A stretch of DNA of 51,620 nucleotides from contig JAAPAO010000218.1 of the NCBI GenBank assembly GCA_013115145.1, positions 1 through 51,620 of the forward strand, read 5' to 3'. The notes below the pieces were generated by a model. That model saw only the letters and a program-made list of their open reading frames with translations. It had not been told where the DNA came from and made no database searches. The position numbers were made by a program, and so were the translations under genes. Below, one piece after another: positions 51,508 to 51,620 of this stretch. Origin of the DNA: Perkinsus chesapeaki ATCC PRA-425 (lineage: Eukaryota; Protista; Perkinsozoa). Numbering within the stretch: position 1 is the first letter of the stretch; every line of letters begins with the position of its first letter.

Positions 51508-51620
51508 CAATACGTTTGACTTAATTTGCTCCACAAATATTCGATACCTTGTTAAGATGTTCCGTTCATTCTCTTGACGCAACTCGTTGATGGATGCAGG
51601 CATAATGAATGAGTGAGTAG

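Overview
Gene-dense eukaryotic genomic DNA (roughly balanced GC) with many short GT-AG introns, so the ORF track fragments almost every gene. Intron style, a flagellar IFT57 gene, AG acceptors directly before start codons and lineage-specific secreted families suggest a perkinsid alveolate (Perkinsus-like); this is inference, not verified. Genes reconstructed by manual splicing, in order: 3' part of a phospholipase D; ZMAT2/Snu23; a homogentisate prenyltransferase (UbiA family) apparently fused to a degenerate trans-polyprenyl-diphosphate-synthase domain; an island of three intronless secreted-protein paralogs; a second, C-terminally truncated homogentisate prenyltransferase; RPL37A; IFT57; a UBC4/UBE2D-type E2; glycine cleavage H; a single-bromodomain protein; a coiled-coil orphan; a gene of about 9-10 kb for a type I membrane protein (RCC1-like and EGF-like ectodomain, TM, cytosolic HPD J-like tail) with one tRNA-Gln(CTG) in an intron and an identical second copy just upstream of its 5'-most traced exon; ubiquitin-RPL40; a PPPDE-PUL protein; a multi-TM orphan; and two tandem PB1-ZZ genes sharing a repeated uncharacterised helical module. 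Exon boundaries were read by eye and family calls rest on recalled motifs; no database search was run. Best novelty candidates: the prenyltransferase-pseudo-synthase fusion, the receptor with a J-like tail, and the PB1-[helical module-ZZ]n proteins.
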